Counted from the first letter of the whole stretch, positions 48,238 through 59,029 are shown. The stretch: DNA of 62,440 nt, filler included, from an uncultured Methanosarcinales archaeon (GCA_964519225.1; 6 parts of 6 records of this genome joined end to end with filler, not necessarily neighbours in it), one strand, 5' to 3'. Notes: generated by a model not told the origin, from the letters alone. Translations and numbers: made by a program.

Positions 48238-49227
48238 ATGACAGATAAAGCTATGTGGATGGTAAGAGCTGGTGAAGGTGCTTATCTTTTCCATGAATTT
48301 AGAGATAAGAATGTTGTTGCCATAAGCTGGAATGAGGTAGGAGACCTTTCTAATATATCCAGCCCTGAAGAAATAAAGAGGATTGTTAAAGAGAAGTATC
48401 ATTATAGGCTGGGTAAATTAAATATGACAGCTGCACAACTCAGTAAATTTAGATTTGACTTCAAAAAAGGGGACTATGTTGTAACTTATAATCCAGAGGA
48501 AAGAATCTATCTGGTGGGGGAAATCATTGGTGATTACGAATACAATCCTAAGTTGTTGGAATATTTCCATATTCGGCGGGTTAAGTGGTTGGGTGATGTT
48601 CCAAGAGATAAGCTTTCAACTCCGACAAAAAACACTTTAGGAGCTATTTCTACGTTATTTGAGTTAAGTGAAAGTGCAAAGGAGGAAATTCTCCAAATTT
48701 TAAAAGGAAAGGAAGAAATTCCTGAAGGTATTGAAAGTGCTGAGGAAGAAATGGAATCTATCAAAGAAGATATGATAGCTAAGGCGCATGAGTTTATTAA
48801 AGACAAAATTTTGAGCTTAAATTGGGAAGAGATGGAAGAATTAGTTGCTGGTATTCTGAGAGGTATGGGTTACAAGACAATGATCACACCGAAGGGACCT
48901 GATAGAGGACGGGATATTTATGCTTCTCCGGACGGTTTAGGATTAGAAGAACCAAGGATTATTGTAGAGGTAAAACACAGGACGGGTCAGGTAGGAGGGA
49001 AAGAAATGAGGAGCTTTATAGGTGGTCTCCGACAAGGGAATAAAGGTTTGTATATTTCAACAGGAGGGTTCTCTAAAGATGCAAAATATGAAGCCGAACG
49101 CTCCAATATACCGGTAACACTAATTGATCTGGATATATTAGCTAATCTTATAACTCAATATTATGATAACTTTGATGAAGAGACTAAAAAACTTATTCCA
49201 CTTGTGAAGATATATTGGCCAGCATAG
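48238..49227 (+). CDS. Mrr-family restriction endonuclease
   Basis: MWMVRAG N-terminus; EELVA..L..MGY, GPDRGRD...VEVKH and ISTGGFS..A..EA. Confidence 0.88.
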   Translation: MTDKAMWMVRAGEGAYLFHEFRDKNVVAISWNEVGDLSNISSPEEIKRIVKEKYHYRLGKLNMTAAQLSKFRFDFKKGDYVVTYNPEERIYLVGEIIGDYEYNPKLLEYFHIRRVKWLGDVPRDKLSTPTKNTLGAISTLFELSESAKEEILQILKGKEEIPEGIESAEEEMESIKEDMIAKAHEFIKDKILSLNWEEMEELVAGILRGMGYKTMITPKGPDRGRDIYASPDGLGLEEPRIIVEVKHRTGQVGGKEMRSFIGGLRQGNKGLYISTGGFSKDAKYEAERSNIPVTLIDLDILANLITQYYDNFDEETKKLIPLVKIYWPA

Positions 49228-49465
49228 TATATATAAAATGGAAGGATATTTATCTAAAGGCGGAAAAAATGCTTAAAAGATTTGGACAGGATGTAGATGC
49301 ACTTTACTATTATCATAGAATGCCCCTATTGGGGTCACCTTACAGGTGTATATTAGGCTTAGTCAACATTTCATCCAAATTACCGGCTCTGCATTTTACT
49401 TGGCTGTTTAATGATGTGCTTTGCAAAAATCGAGTCGATAGGATAAAATAATCATAACAGAAGAA

Positions 49466-50623
49466 ATGAGTATACTAAAGGAACCTGAAGATTATAAAAG
49501 TTGGGATAAACTAATCCACCATTGTGAAGAAATTGAAGGCTTAACTGACTTTGAGAAAGAAAAAGCTAAGCGTGCCTTTCTATTCTTAAAAAAGGAATTC
49601 GGGAACAATTTTCTGAATGATGCTTTCCATAGAAGACATCCAATCTACCAATATTTGATAAACCTAGCGCCATGGACTCGTAGATGGATAATATGGTTCG
49701 CAGAGGCACTTAAAGAATTGAAAGAGCAAGAAAATTATTCTAGTTTGTTCAATCGAATAATAGATGAAAATAAATTTGATGAAGGACTTTCAGTGCTAGA
49801 GATAGGTTATAAGTTTTCAAAAGCCGGGTTTAAAATAACTATAGATCCTTCTGTTAGAATTTCAGGTAGGGAGAAAAAACCAGATTTAAAGTTAATAGAT
49901 AGAGATAACGGGGAAGAAATGTATGTGGAAGTCTCTGTTTTGGGTGAAAGTAAAATAATGAGTAATGCTTTTCAGACAATGCAAAGGATTTTTGAAGTTT
50001 TATGGCGCTCTGTTCCATTTATACACTATTGTGGGCGTATTCATAAGACCTTATCCGATAAACACTTAGATCAGGTCGTTAATAAAGTTGAAAAACTTGT
50101 GGAGAGGACTAAAAGAAATGATTCCTTTGAGGAATTAATTATTGAAGATGTTATTGAAATAGGGGTAGCACCAAAAAGTGACCACCACCTTTTACAGAAA
50201 TGGGCAGTAGAGAGAGGATTAAGAGTAGGGGAATTTTCAGGCCCATCATACGATGTAGATGAAATATTGAGAACAAAGAGAAAAATTGAAAAAGAACAAA
50301 AGCAATTACCATCAAATTATCCTAACATCATGGTTATCAGGAATAACGATCTATTCTTTGACACTCACGATATCAGAAAGGCAATTAGCGAATTAGAAGA
50401 AGAAATATACAGGTATCCCCACGTATTGTTTGGAATAATAGAAGGAGGATATGTGGGTAGCGGAGAGAATATAATCTCTATGAAAGATCAGCACGTGTTT
50501 ATCCAAAAAAACAAGATTAATTTACTTGTGGAGCAATATATTATTCTGTTTAATCAATTCTGCGAATATAGGATTTTACCAGCGACAATTACAAAGATAT
50601 ATAATGCTTTCAGAAATTACTAA
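49466..50623 (+). CDS. Hypothetical protein with PD-(D/E)xK-like motif
   Basis: KKPDLKL...MYVEVS; located in a defence cluster. Confidence 0.6.
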   Translation: MSILKEPEDYKSWDKLIHHCEEIEGLTDFEKEKAKRAFLFLKKEFGNNFLNDAFHRRHPIYQYLINLAPWTRRWIIWFAEALKELKEQENYSSLFNRIIDENKFDEGLSVLEIGYKFSKAGFKITIDPSVRISGREKKPDLKLIDRDNGEEMYVEVSVLGESKIMSNAFQTMQRIFEVLWRSVPFIHYCGRIHKTLSDKHLDQVVNKVEKLVERTKRNDSFEELIIEDVIEIGVAPKSDHHLLQKWAVERGLRVGEFSGPSYDVDEILRTKRKIEKEQKQLPSNYPNIMVIRNNDLFFDTHDIRKAISELEEEIYRYPHVLFGIIEGGYVGSGENIISMKDQHVFIQKNKINLLVEQYIILFNQFCEYRILPATITKIYNAFRNY

Positions 50624-50826
50624 CTTTAAAAATGGAGGTACAGGGTGCATAACATACCACCAAGCGAGATGCTTCACCACTATTATAGCTCACTCTTTGG
50701 GTTGCGTTATAGGAGCATATCTTGTTTTGCTGTTGCGTGTCATCTCAAATCCTCGCTTCGCTTGAATTTGGAGTATGTCCCGAACGTTAGGCTAAAATTT
50801 TGTAGTTGTCTTAAGGAGGTGCAAAT

Positions 50827-52668
50827 ATGCCTAGAAACAAACAGCTTAAACTGATAGCGGATGAAGGAGAAACTAAAGAAGTAATCCCTCCAGGGAAGAT
50901 TAAATGTTTTATTACAGGTAAACTTAGAAAAGATACACCCGAAGAAAGAATACGCCAAGATGTAGCGAGAAGCCTCGTTGAGGAATATGGATACAACAAG
51001 GATGATATTGATATTGAATTTCCTATCAAGATGGGTAGGGATAGAAAAAGAGTTGATATTGCTATTTTTGAAGAAGGAAATGAACATAAACAGGAAAATA
51101 TTTATACTATCGTAGAAGTCAAAACTGAAAATATTAAACCATCCGATAAGAAAGAAGGTATAGAACAACTTAAAAGTTATGTCGCTGCATGTATAAATAC
51201 CCGGTTTGCTCTTTGGGTTGGAAGTGAAAGGTTAGCGTTTAAGATTGTAGAAGAGAAGGGAAAGAAAAAACTAGAAGAAATTCCTGATATTCCCAAAAGA
51301 GGAGAAACAACAATACCGAAGCCCACCCGTGGTTCTCTTGTTCCGGCCGTAAACTTAAAACAGGTATTTAAGAGAGTCCATAATTATATCTACGCTAATC
51401 AAGGATTTCAAAAAGATAAAGCATTTGAAGAACTCTTAAAACTAATTTTTATCAAAGTTTACGATGAGCAATACAGCCCTTCCTTACAATTTTACATTCT
51501 CCCTGGAGAGGATATAGACAAGGTCAGAGAGCGATTGAACAAGCTTTTTAAGAAAGTTCAAACTCGTTATAAGTACATTTTCAAAGGTAATGAGATTATT
51601 GAATTGAATAATACAGTGTTAAAGTATGTAGTTTCAGAGCTTCAGAGGTTTAGCCTTGTTGATACGCAAACTGATGTTAAAGGAGAAGCCTATGAAGAAA
51701 TCGTTGGTCCTAATTTAAGAGGAGATAGAGGAGAGTTCTTTACACCTCGTAATGTCTGCAACATGAGTATTGAAATGCTGTTCTCTCTTATTCCAGAAGA
51801 CAAACTAACAAGTCCGGGTGGTATGAAAATCCTTGACCCTGCCGTTGGAACAGGAGGTTTCCTTATCGCTGGCGTTCAGAAAATAAAACAGGTGTTTTTA
51901 AACCGTGGCTTCAGATTTGACCAATTACGAGATCTGGTAAGGGATGTTGCCAATGCTAATTTCTATGGCATAGATTTCAATCCATTCCTTGTTAAAGTAG
52001 CTCAAATGAATATGGTTATGCATGGAGATGGCTCCGCCAATATAGTTCATGCTAATTCTCTTGAAAATCCTTCAGATTGGAACAGTGATGCAAAGGAAAA
52101 GATAAAGTTTGGTGAATTTGATTTGGTAGTTACAAATCCACCTTTTGGGACAAAAGCAGTGGTAGATAATCCAGATATACTAAGTCAATTTGAATTAACG
52201 ACTTTTAGAACAAATTCACCACGAACGGCTCTACCCCCAGAACAATTGTTCATTGAGAGATGTTTAGATTTTCTTAAACCCGGTGGTTATCTTGGTATTG
52301 TCTTGCCTGACAGCATATTGAGCAATCCAGGATTAAAGTGGATAAGGGAATGGATACTAAAGAAAGCATATATCATAGCGAGTATTGATCTACCGGTAGA
52401 AACCTTTGAACCCCACACAGGAACACAGACAAGTATTCTGATTCTGAAAAAGAAAACGCCTGAACAACAAAAATTACAAGAAGATCATCAAATATTCATG
52501 GCTATTCCCGAAAAAGTTGGACACGATCGCAGGGGTAACCCAATATACAAAACCACACCAGACGGGGAAATAGAGCTTGATGAAAATGGAAATCCAATAA
52601 TTGAAGATTATTTACCTTCAGTTGCCAAAGCATTCAAAGAATGGTTAAAAAGGAAAGGGATGATATGA
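50827..52668 (+). CDS. Fused restriction/N6-adenine methylase subunit (HsdR-N nuclease + HsdM-like; type IIB/IIG-like)
   Basis: PEE.IRQ...RVDIAIF...VEVK, GEFFTPR, DPAVGTGGF and TNPPFG motifs. Confidence 0.88.
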   Translation: MPRNKQLKLIADEGETKEVIPPGKIKCFITGKLRKDTPEERIRQDVARSLVEEYGYNKDDIDIEFPIKMGRDRKRVDIAIFEEGNEHKQENIYTIVEVKTENIKPSDKKEGIEQLKSYVAACINTRFALWVGSERLAFKIVEEKGKKKLEEIPDIPKRGETTIPKPTRGSLVPAVNLKQVFKRVHNYIYANQGFQKDKAFEELLKLIFIKVYDEQYSPSLQFYILPGEDIDKVRERLNKLFKKVQTRYKYIFKGNEIIELNNTVLKYVVSELQRFSLVDTQTDVKGEAYEEIVGPNLRGDRGEFFTPRNVCNMSIEMLFSLIPEDKLTSPGGMKILDPAVGTGGFLIAGVQKIKQVFLNRGFRFDQLRDLVRDVANANFYGIDFNPFLVKVAQMNMVMHGDGSANIVHANSLENPSDWNSDAKEKIKFGEFDLVVTNPPFGTKAVVDNPDILSQFELTTFRTNSPRTALPPEQLFIERCLDFLKPGGYLGIVLPDSILSNPGLKWIREWILKKAYIIASIDLPVETFEPHTGTQTSILILKKKTPEQQKLQEDHQIFMAIPEKVGHDRRGNPIYKTTPDGEIELDENGNPIIEDYLPSVAKAFKEWLKRKGMI

Positions 52669-54113
52669 TGATGGAAGGAGTCCAAATTGTTGATGTTCCC
52701 GTTCATTGGGTAAATGAAGGTGAAAAGAGACTTGATGCTGGATTTTATGCCCAAGATGTAATTGCGGCGAAAATACTTATAGATAAGATTGAACATAATC
52801 TAAAAATACAGCCGATTAGCAAGCTCTCAAGCCAGATATTCTGGCCGGGTAGATTCAAAAGGCATTATGTTTCTAAAAAAAAGGGTGAGCCATTTCTTAT
52901 GCCAAGTGAAGCTTTCATGTTTTTACCCAAACCCACCAAATATGTTATTAACTATCCAGAGGACGTTGTAATAAAAAGAGGTTGGCTGTTAATAACCCGT
53001 TCAGGTACAATAGGTAGAACTTTGATCGCGACAAACTACCTTGAAAATTTTGTTTTGTCCGACGATTTAATAAGAATTATCCCAAAAAAAGATGCAAGTT
53101 ATGGATACTTATACTGTTATCTTAACACATGGATAGGACAAGCTTTTCTTACCAAAGACCAGTATGGAGCCACGGTTAAGCACATAGAACCTCACCATGT
53201 TGCTAACATCCCTATTCCTCGTATCCCCAAGTTAGAAGAAGAAATAAATCAAAAAATCCTTCAAGCTCATAAATTGCGAGAAGAAGCCCAGGAGCTTCTT
53301 TTAAAAGCAGAGGAAATGTTATATTCAGAACTTGGATTACCCAAAATAGATGAAAATGATATTGAATATTTTGGTGGCAAAGTAGGAAGACTTGTTAAAG
53401 CTTTTGAAGTTAAGGCAAGTAAACTGGATTATAGGTTGGATGCGAGTTACCATGTGCCGATAGCACACTTAATAGTTTCAAATCTAATAGCATCAACCTC
53501 CGGAGAGATAAAAAAATTAAAAGATGTTGCAGATTCGTTTGTGCCACCGAGATTTAAAAGACCTTACATAAAAGACCCGAATGACGGTATTCCACTTCTA
53601 CAAGGAACTCACATTCCTCAAATTAAACCTTTGGGCATCAAGTATATTTGGAAAAGAATGGAAAATATACAAGCTTATATTGTAAAGAAGAATTGGATAC
53701 TGGTTACTTGTTCAGGAACTATAGGGAGATTGGCTTTAGTAAGTGATTACTGGAATGGCTGGGCTGCAACTAACCATCTATTGAGAATCATGCCTAAAGA
53801 GGAGAAAATTAATCCCGGTTATTTAACCGGATTTTTACATAGTGTATATGGACAAGTTCAATTCCAACGACTTATTTATGGTGGTGTTGTAGATGAAATA
53901 GGCGAGGCAGGAGAACTCTTTAATAATATCTTGATTTTGAAACCTAAAGATAAATCTATTGAAGACAAAATCGGCTCTTTAGTAATCGAAGCATATAACA
54001 AAAAAGATAAAGCGAATCAAATTGAAGAAGAAGCCATAAAACAACTGGAAGAGACTTTAACAGAAATTGCTGAAAGAGTCTTAATTGAAAAACCAAATGA
54101 ATTTAGTCAATAA
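52665..54113 (+). CDS. Specificity subunit (HsdS-like, two TRDs)
   Basis: Two repeats of RLDA.(F/Y)...L.T.SGTIGR...Y....L.(T/S)..GQ; ATGA overlap with the methylase. Confidence 0.85.
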   Translation: MMMEGVQIVDVPVHWVNEGEKRLDAGFYAQDVIAAKILIDKIEHNLKIQPISKLSSQIFWPGRFKRHYVSKKKGEPFLMPSEAFMFLPKPTKYVINYPEDVVIKRGWLLITRSGTIGRTLIATNYLENFVLSDDLIRIIPKKDASYGYLYCYLNTWIGQAFLTKDQYGATVKHIEPHHVANIPIPRIPKLEEEINQKILQAHKLREEAQELLLKAEEMLYSELGLPKIDENDIEYFGGKVGRLVKAFEVKASKLDYRLDASYHVPIAHLIVSNLIASTSGEIKKLKDVADSFVPPRFKRPYIKDPNDGIPLLQGTHIPQIKPLGIKYIWKRMENIQAYIVKKNWILVTCSGTIGRLALVSDYWNGWAATNHLLRIMPKEEKINPGYLTGFLHSVYGQVQFQRLIYGGVVDEIGEAGELFNNILILKPKDKSIEDKIGSLVIEAYNKKDKANQIEEEAIKQLEETLTEIAERVLIEKPNEFSQ

Positions 54114-55542
54114 AGTGTTTAATAATCCCTCTTTGCTCCAGCAACTAGGGTTGGCCATACTAACTCTACTAGTGCCCTTAGGCACAGGTTTGGTTGTAGA
54201 AATGTTGAGGGATAGGGCGTTAAATGAATTCAAAGAATTAGACTTGAGAGTAGTCTTAGATAGAGTATTTAGACTAAAAAAACTTGTCATTGTCGTATTA
54301 ATTGCGTTTTTAATTCCCTTATTTATAAAGTTATTACCGACTCCGAGCAAAATGTTCTTGATTGTAGCTTATGCAGCGGCCATTATAGCTTTGATTGTAA
54401 TACTCTTAGACTTTTACTATTGGGTGAAGGGAGACAGATGGAAATTTAGATATGCTTTCCTAAAACATGCCGGTAAAGAAGAATTAGAGAAGGTGTGGGG
54501 AATAATTTGGATAGCTCCTATTAAAGAATACCAACGGGAAAGGGAACTTTTTGAGATTTTTAGAAGCCAGATTGAAAGGAATCTGAGTCTAAATAAGAAA
54601 AAGCCTTTGATTAAGGATTTAAGGCGCTCTTATACCATGATAGTGAATTTTAAAAACGCGTTGAAGAAAAGGAGTAGCGCATTTCTTGTAAATTTAGTAC
54701 TCTCTCATTTGGAATTACACTATGAAGTTTGGCGGAAAGAAAAACATTATAGAGAAAATAATGCTAATACAAATTTATGGTTTGAGTATGACAAAGCCTC
54801 GGCAGCATTGAGTGAAATGTTGGAGGATATTTTTAAGATCTTTTTGGAACAGAGAATGTCAATTAATTTGATCTTAGAGGAAATAGATAATTTTTGCAAA
54901 GGATTGAATAATAAGGAATATCTGAACGATCTTTTTAGTATATTTACGCCGATACTTTTAGATAATGCGGACAAGATCAAGTGGCAACATTTTCCTCAAC
55001 ATTGGCTGATTACAAAAGATAATATCTTGAGCAAAGGAAATCCTATACCCAATGTAATCTTTGGGATTTTTTTAGAATGGTGTCACGGAAGAATTATACA
55101 GACTCAATTGGAGTTTGATGCCAAATTGGAAAGGGTCCTACATGAGCTATTCCCCACACTAGATCCTACTTTATGGTCTGAATTTCTGCTTTTAGCTTTT
55201 TCTCAGGGGGATCCAAGCAGTAGAATACAGACTGTATTAGAGAGAAGAAAGAGTTTTGGATTGATGAGCAGGACATTTTTCTCAGGAGAAACGAGTATTG
55301 AAAATATCGAAGATACATATTATAAAGTAAAGGAAATACAAAGAAAGGCAGTTATAGAATTTATATACATATTCCCTACATGGCAAGCAGAATTCTCGTC
55401 AGAGAATTTAAAAATGTATAAAAAAGAGTTAGAAAGACTTAAATATGAAGGAGACTCATCAAAGGAGTCAAGAAGAACCCATTTGTTAGAATTAGTAAAT
55501 ATGATGTTGGAGTATGTTTCACAAACAAACGAGCTTTCTTAA
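54097..55542 (+). CDS. Hypothetical protein with N-terminal TM helices and a helical soluble domain
   Basis: About three hydrophobic segments; overlaps the hsdS-like stop. Confidence 0.65.
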   Translation: MNLVNKVFNNPSLLQQLGLAILTLLVPLGTGLVVEMLRDRALNEFKELDLRVVLDRVFRLKKLVIVVLIAFLIPLFIKLLPTPSKMFLIVAYAAAIIALIVILLDFYYWVKGDRWKFRYAFLKHAGKEELEKVWGIIWIAPIKEYQRERELFEIFRSQIERNLSLNKKKPLIKDLRRSYTMIVNFKNALKKRSSAFLVNLVLSHLELHYEVWRKEKHYRENNANTNLWFEYDKASAALSEMLEDIFKIFLEQRMSINLILEEIDNFCKGLNNKEYLNDLFSIFTPILLDNADKIKWQHFPQHWLITKDNILSKGNPIPNVIFGIFLEWCHGRIIQTQLEFDAKLERVLHELFPTLDPTLWSEFLLLAFSQGDPSSRIQTVLERRKSFGLMSRTFFSGETSIENIEDTYYKVKEIQRKAVIEFIYIFPTWQAEFSSENLKMYKKELERLKYEGDSSKESRRTHLLELVNMMLEYVSQTNELS

Positions 55543-55707
55543 TCATTCTTGAGCATCAGAGAACCTTTGTAGAACACTCCCTTTTGTCCTCTCTTTGACA
55601 AAAAATTGTCATTTCATGAAAAAATTGAAACAGATGAGAGGAATGAGTGGGGGTTATAGGATCGGCGGAAAGCCTGATCTTTCAATATATTCCCCCAAAA
55701 TAAAAAA

Positions 55708-55745
55708 TGGGCCGTGCAGGACTCGAACCTGCGGCCACCGGATTA
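55708..55745 (-). tRNA. 3' half of a tRNA (bacterial Lys-like), cut by the contig end
   Basis: TAATCCGGTGGCCGCAGGTTCGAGTCCTGCACGGCCCA; the anticodon is not fully visible. Confidence 0.7.
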
Positions 55746-55845
55746 NNNNNNNNNNNNNNNNNNNNNNNNNNNNNNNNNNNNNNNNNNNNTTAATTAATTA
55801 ANNNNNNNNNNNNNNNNNNNNNNNNNNNNNNNNNNNNNNNNNNNN
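55746..55845. other. Artificial contig linker
   Basis: N44-TTAATTAATTAA-N44. Confidence 0.98.
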
Positions 55846-56164
55846 GAATAAGAGTCTCGAGAATTTTTGGAAAGAAGATTTTAAAAGTTCAAAAAAATAT
55901 TTGGAACGCTTATTGAATATATGTCCGTACCATCCATATGCAAAACACTTATTAGCCCTAGTTTCTGATAAAATTAAAACTGGAAAAGAAGAAGTTGCCC
56001 TTTCAAAACAAAAGCCGAAGAATACTGGTTCGCGCAATATCGCTATTTACGCATTTATTTTTGGGTTGGTGGTCGGATTAGGCCTTTTATTACTTTTGTA
56101 CATAAAAGGAGGTTTTCTTAAAAAAGTTCTAAAAAAGCTTAAGATAATCAAAAATTTTAAATAA
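55846..56164 (+). CDS. C-terminal fragment of a membrane-anchored protein
   Basis: Open frame from the contig start; C-terminal TM plus basic tail. Confidence 0.55.
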
Positions 56165-56167
56165 AGA

Positions 56168-56548
56168 TTGCTTTGCCGCAAACTTATGACACTCGATAAG
56201 TTAGTGGAATGTGGCGAAGAGGCAAAAGTCACTGGTAGAAAATCTTTTAGCAGGCAAGTGCTTTATGAAGATATTAAGAACATATTAATATCACCAGTTA
56301 GAGGGCATATTGAATCAAGAAAAATAAAAATTCAAGTGGTTCATGAATGGAATGACAGCAAGAGCTATATTCAAGTGAATGTATTCGGCTTTGTTAACGG
56401 ACACGATGAGAATGATAGTTCTTATTGTTTAAGCAAAAGATATTCAGCTGATGCTGTTAAAAGAGAGCTAGAAGAAAAAGGATATTTCTGTGCATTCGGT
56501 CACAGGATATATCTTCCATCTTCGATTTCTTTCGGAACGTTTAAATAG
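56168..56548 (+). CDS. Hypothetical protein
   Basis: ORF only. Confidence 0.5.
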   Translation: MLCRKLMTLDKLVECGEEAKVTGRKSFSRQVLYEDIKNILISPVRGHIESRKIKIQVVHEWNDSKSYIQVNVFGFVNGHDENDSSYCLSKRYSADAVKRELEEKGYFCAFGHRIYLPSSISFGTFK

Positions 56549-56570
56549 TTCATACTAATAAGATTTTTGC

Positions 56571-58295
56571 ATGAAGAAAATTGAAAAAGAGATTTTGATA
56601 TGCGCTTTAGAGAACGCTGTTAAATTCGGCGGTAAAGCAAATGTTGGCGCAGTTATAGGAAAGATTATCGCTTCTAATCCAGAACTTAAAAGAAAAATAA
56701 AATCAATTTCAGAATTGGCTAAAAAAATCGTTGAAGAGGTTAATTCTCTACCATTAGAAGATCAAAAAAAGAAGCTTAAGAAGATTTCTCCTTCTGCATT
56801 GATAGAAAAGAAAAGGAAGAAAAAGAAAGAAGAAAAAGAAAAAAGATTGCCAGAACTGAAAAACGCACAAAAAGGAAAGGTAGTAATGCGTTTTGAACCG
56901 AGTCCGAGCGGACCGTTGCATATAGGACATGCAATTACAATCGGACTTAACATCCTTTACTGTAAAAAGTACGACGGAAAATTAATTCTGAGAATCGCCG
57001 ATACAAATCCGGAAAATATTGACCCCGAAAGTTACAGAATGATTATTAACGATTCTCGCTGGTTGCTCTCTGCTGCTGATTCTGTTCCCATGGAAACCTA
57101 TTTCCAATCGGAAAGGCTCGGATTTTATTATGATTATGCAGAGCAGTTAATTGCACTTGGCAAGGCATATGTTTGCACATGTAATACTGACGAATTCAGA
57201 ACTTTGCTGTTTAAAGGAAAGGCCTGTCCTTGCAGAAAGCTTTCTGAAAAAGAGCATTTGCTTAGATGGGATAAGATGTTTGCTGAATATAAACCTGGAG
57301 AAGCTGTTGTGAGGATCAAAACCGACTTAAAGCACAAGAATCCTGCAATAAGAGACTGGGCCGCCTTAAGAATATGCGAAAAACCACACCCAAGGAAAAA
57401 GGATGCGAGGGTTTGGCCTTTGATGAACTTTGCTGTGGCTATTGACGACATGCTGATGGGAGTAACGCACACCATTAGGGGTAAAGATCACCAGGACAAT
57501 GCAGAGAAACAGGCATATGTTTTTAGATATTTCAAAAAAACTCCGCCAATAAACTTATTTATAGGAAGGATTAATTTTGTTGACCTTGAATTAAGCGCTT
57601 CAAAAACAAGGAAATTAATTGAGTATGGCGAATTCGATGGATGGAGTGATATAAGATTGCCTTTTTTGATTGCTTTGCGTAGAAGAGGATATCAAGCAAA
57701 AGCGTTTTTGCAGCTTGCTGAAAGTTTTGGAGTAAGCAAGCATGATAAAGTCGTTAATGCTGATGAATTCTATAAAATTTTAAATGCACTTAACAAAGAC
57801 ATAGTTGAGCCAAAGGCAAATAGATATTTCTTTGTTCCAGATCCTGTTTTAGTTAAAATCGAAAATGCTCCTGAAAAAGAAGTTAAAATAAAGCTACATC
57901 CCGATTTTCCGAGACGCGGAACCAGGACGTTTAAAACAAAAGGAAGATTTTATTTGTGGAAGGAAGATACTAAGCGAATAAAAGAAGGAAAGCTGTATAG
58001 ACTTATGGATTGTCTTAATTTTCGAAAAGAAGGAAGAAAATTTGTTTTTGATTCTGAGGATTATGAAAAATACAAGCAGAAAGGTGAAGCGATCTTTCAC
58101 TGGTTGCCTGCTGATGAAAAACAGCTAATTAAAGTTGAATTGTTGATGCCTGACAAAACATTGCTAAAAGGACTTGGAGAAAAAAGATTAAGCGAAGTTG
58201 ATGTTGGCTCTGTTGTTCAGCTCGAGAGAATAGGATTCTCAAGGCTGGATAGTAAGCAAAAAAACAAAGTTGTTTTTTGGTTCGCACATAGATAG
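56571..58295 (+). CDS. gltX: Glutamyl-tRNA synthetase (archaeal type)
   Basis: ALENA.KF.G, RFEPSPSGPLHIGH, AYVC.C, IRGKDH and QLERIGF.RLD motifs. Confidence 0.96.
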   Translation: MKKIEKEILICALENAVKFGGKANVGAVIGKIIASNPELKRKIKSISELAKKIVEEVNSLPLEDQKKKLKKISPSALIEKKRKKKKEEKEKRLPELKNAQKGKVVMRFEPSPSGPLHIGHAITIGLNILYCKKYDGKLILRIADTNPENIDPESYRMIINDSRWLLSAADSVPMETYFQSERLGFYYDYAEQLIALGKAYVCTCNTDEFRTLLFKGKACPCRKLSEKEHLLRWDKMFAEYKPGEAVVRIKTDLKHKNPAIRDWAALRICEKPHPRKKDARVWPLMNFAVAIDDMLMGVTHTIRGKDHQDNAEKQAYVFRYFKKTPPINLFIGRINFVDLELSASKTRKLIEYGEFDGWSDIRLPFLIALRRRGYQAKAFLQLAESFGVSKHDKVVNADEFYKILNALNKDIVEPKANRYFFVPDPVLVKIENAPEKEVKIKLHPDFPRRGTRTFKTKGRFYLWKEDTKRIKEGKLYRLMDCLNFRKEGRKFVFDSEDYEKYKQKGEAIFHWLPADEKQLIKVELLMPDKTLLKGLGEKRLSEVDVGSVVQLERIGFSRLDSKQKNKVVFWFAHR

Positions 58296-58323
58296 ATTAA
58301 ATCAAACCGCACTCAAATAAAAA

Positions 58324-59019
58324 ATGAATATACTCGCCGCTGCGTTGATTGTAACATTAATAAATTCATCTTTTGGATTTGTTGGACTTTTTAGTTTGTT
58401 CGTTAAGAAAAGAAAGCTTGATGCAATTGCAAGTTCCCTTATTGCGTTGTCTGCTGGCACATTGCTCGGAGGAGGATTATTTCATCTATTAAAGGAATCT
58501 TTTATTCCATCGATGGTTGTGATTGGCTTTTTGGCTTTTTTCTTGTTGGAGGAAGTATTACACTGGCACAGGTGCAGGATATGTGCTATTCATCCATATT
58601 CATATTTGATTTTAATCGGAGATGCCATTCATAATTTCATTGATGGCATGGTAATTATTACCTCTTTTCTTGTGAGTTTTAAGCTAGGATTGGTAACAAG
58701 CTTTTTGATATTGCTTCATGAGTTTCCCCAAGAACTTGGAATATTTGGTGTTTTGGTTAAGGGCGGTTTTGAACGAAAAAGAGCGATGCTCTATGCTTTT
58801 CTTGTTCAGACCACATCAATTCTCGGTGTAGTTGTTGGCTCATTATTTGTTAGTACCGTTGAACATATTTCGGCATACATTATTCCTTTTGCTGCAGGCG
58901 GATTTATTTATATTGCTGCAAGCGATTTGATTCCAGCAATACATCAAGAAAAAGGAATTCAAAAATTGAAAAGCATATTATGGATGGTGGTTGGAATTCT
59001 TTTGCTTGCATTTATTTAA
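58324..59019 (+). CDS. ZIP-family metal transporter
   Basis: GDAIHNFIDG and HEFPQELG motifs. Confidence 0.9.
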   Translation: MNILAAALIVTLINSSFGFVGLFSLFVKKRKLDAIASSLIALSAGTLLGGGLFHLLKESFIPSMVVIGFLAFFLLEEVLHWHRCRICAIHPYSYLILIGDAIHNFIDGMVIITSFLVSFKLGLVTSFLILLHEFPQELGIFGVLVKGGFERKRAMLYAFLVQTTSILGVVVGSLFVSTVEHISAYIIPFAAGGFIYIAASDLIPAIHQEKGIQKLKSILWMVVGILLLAFI

Positions 59020-59029
59020 ATAAGATTGC

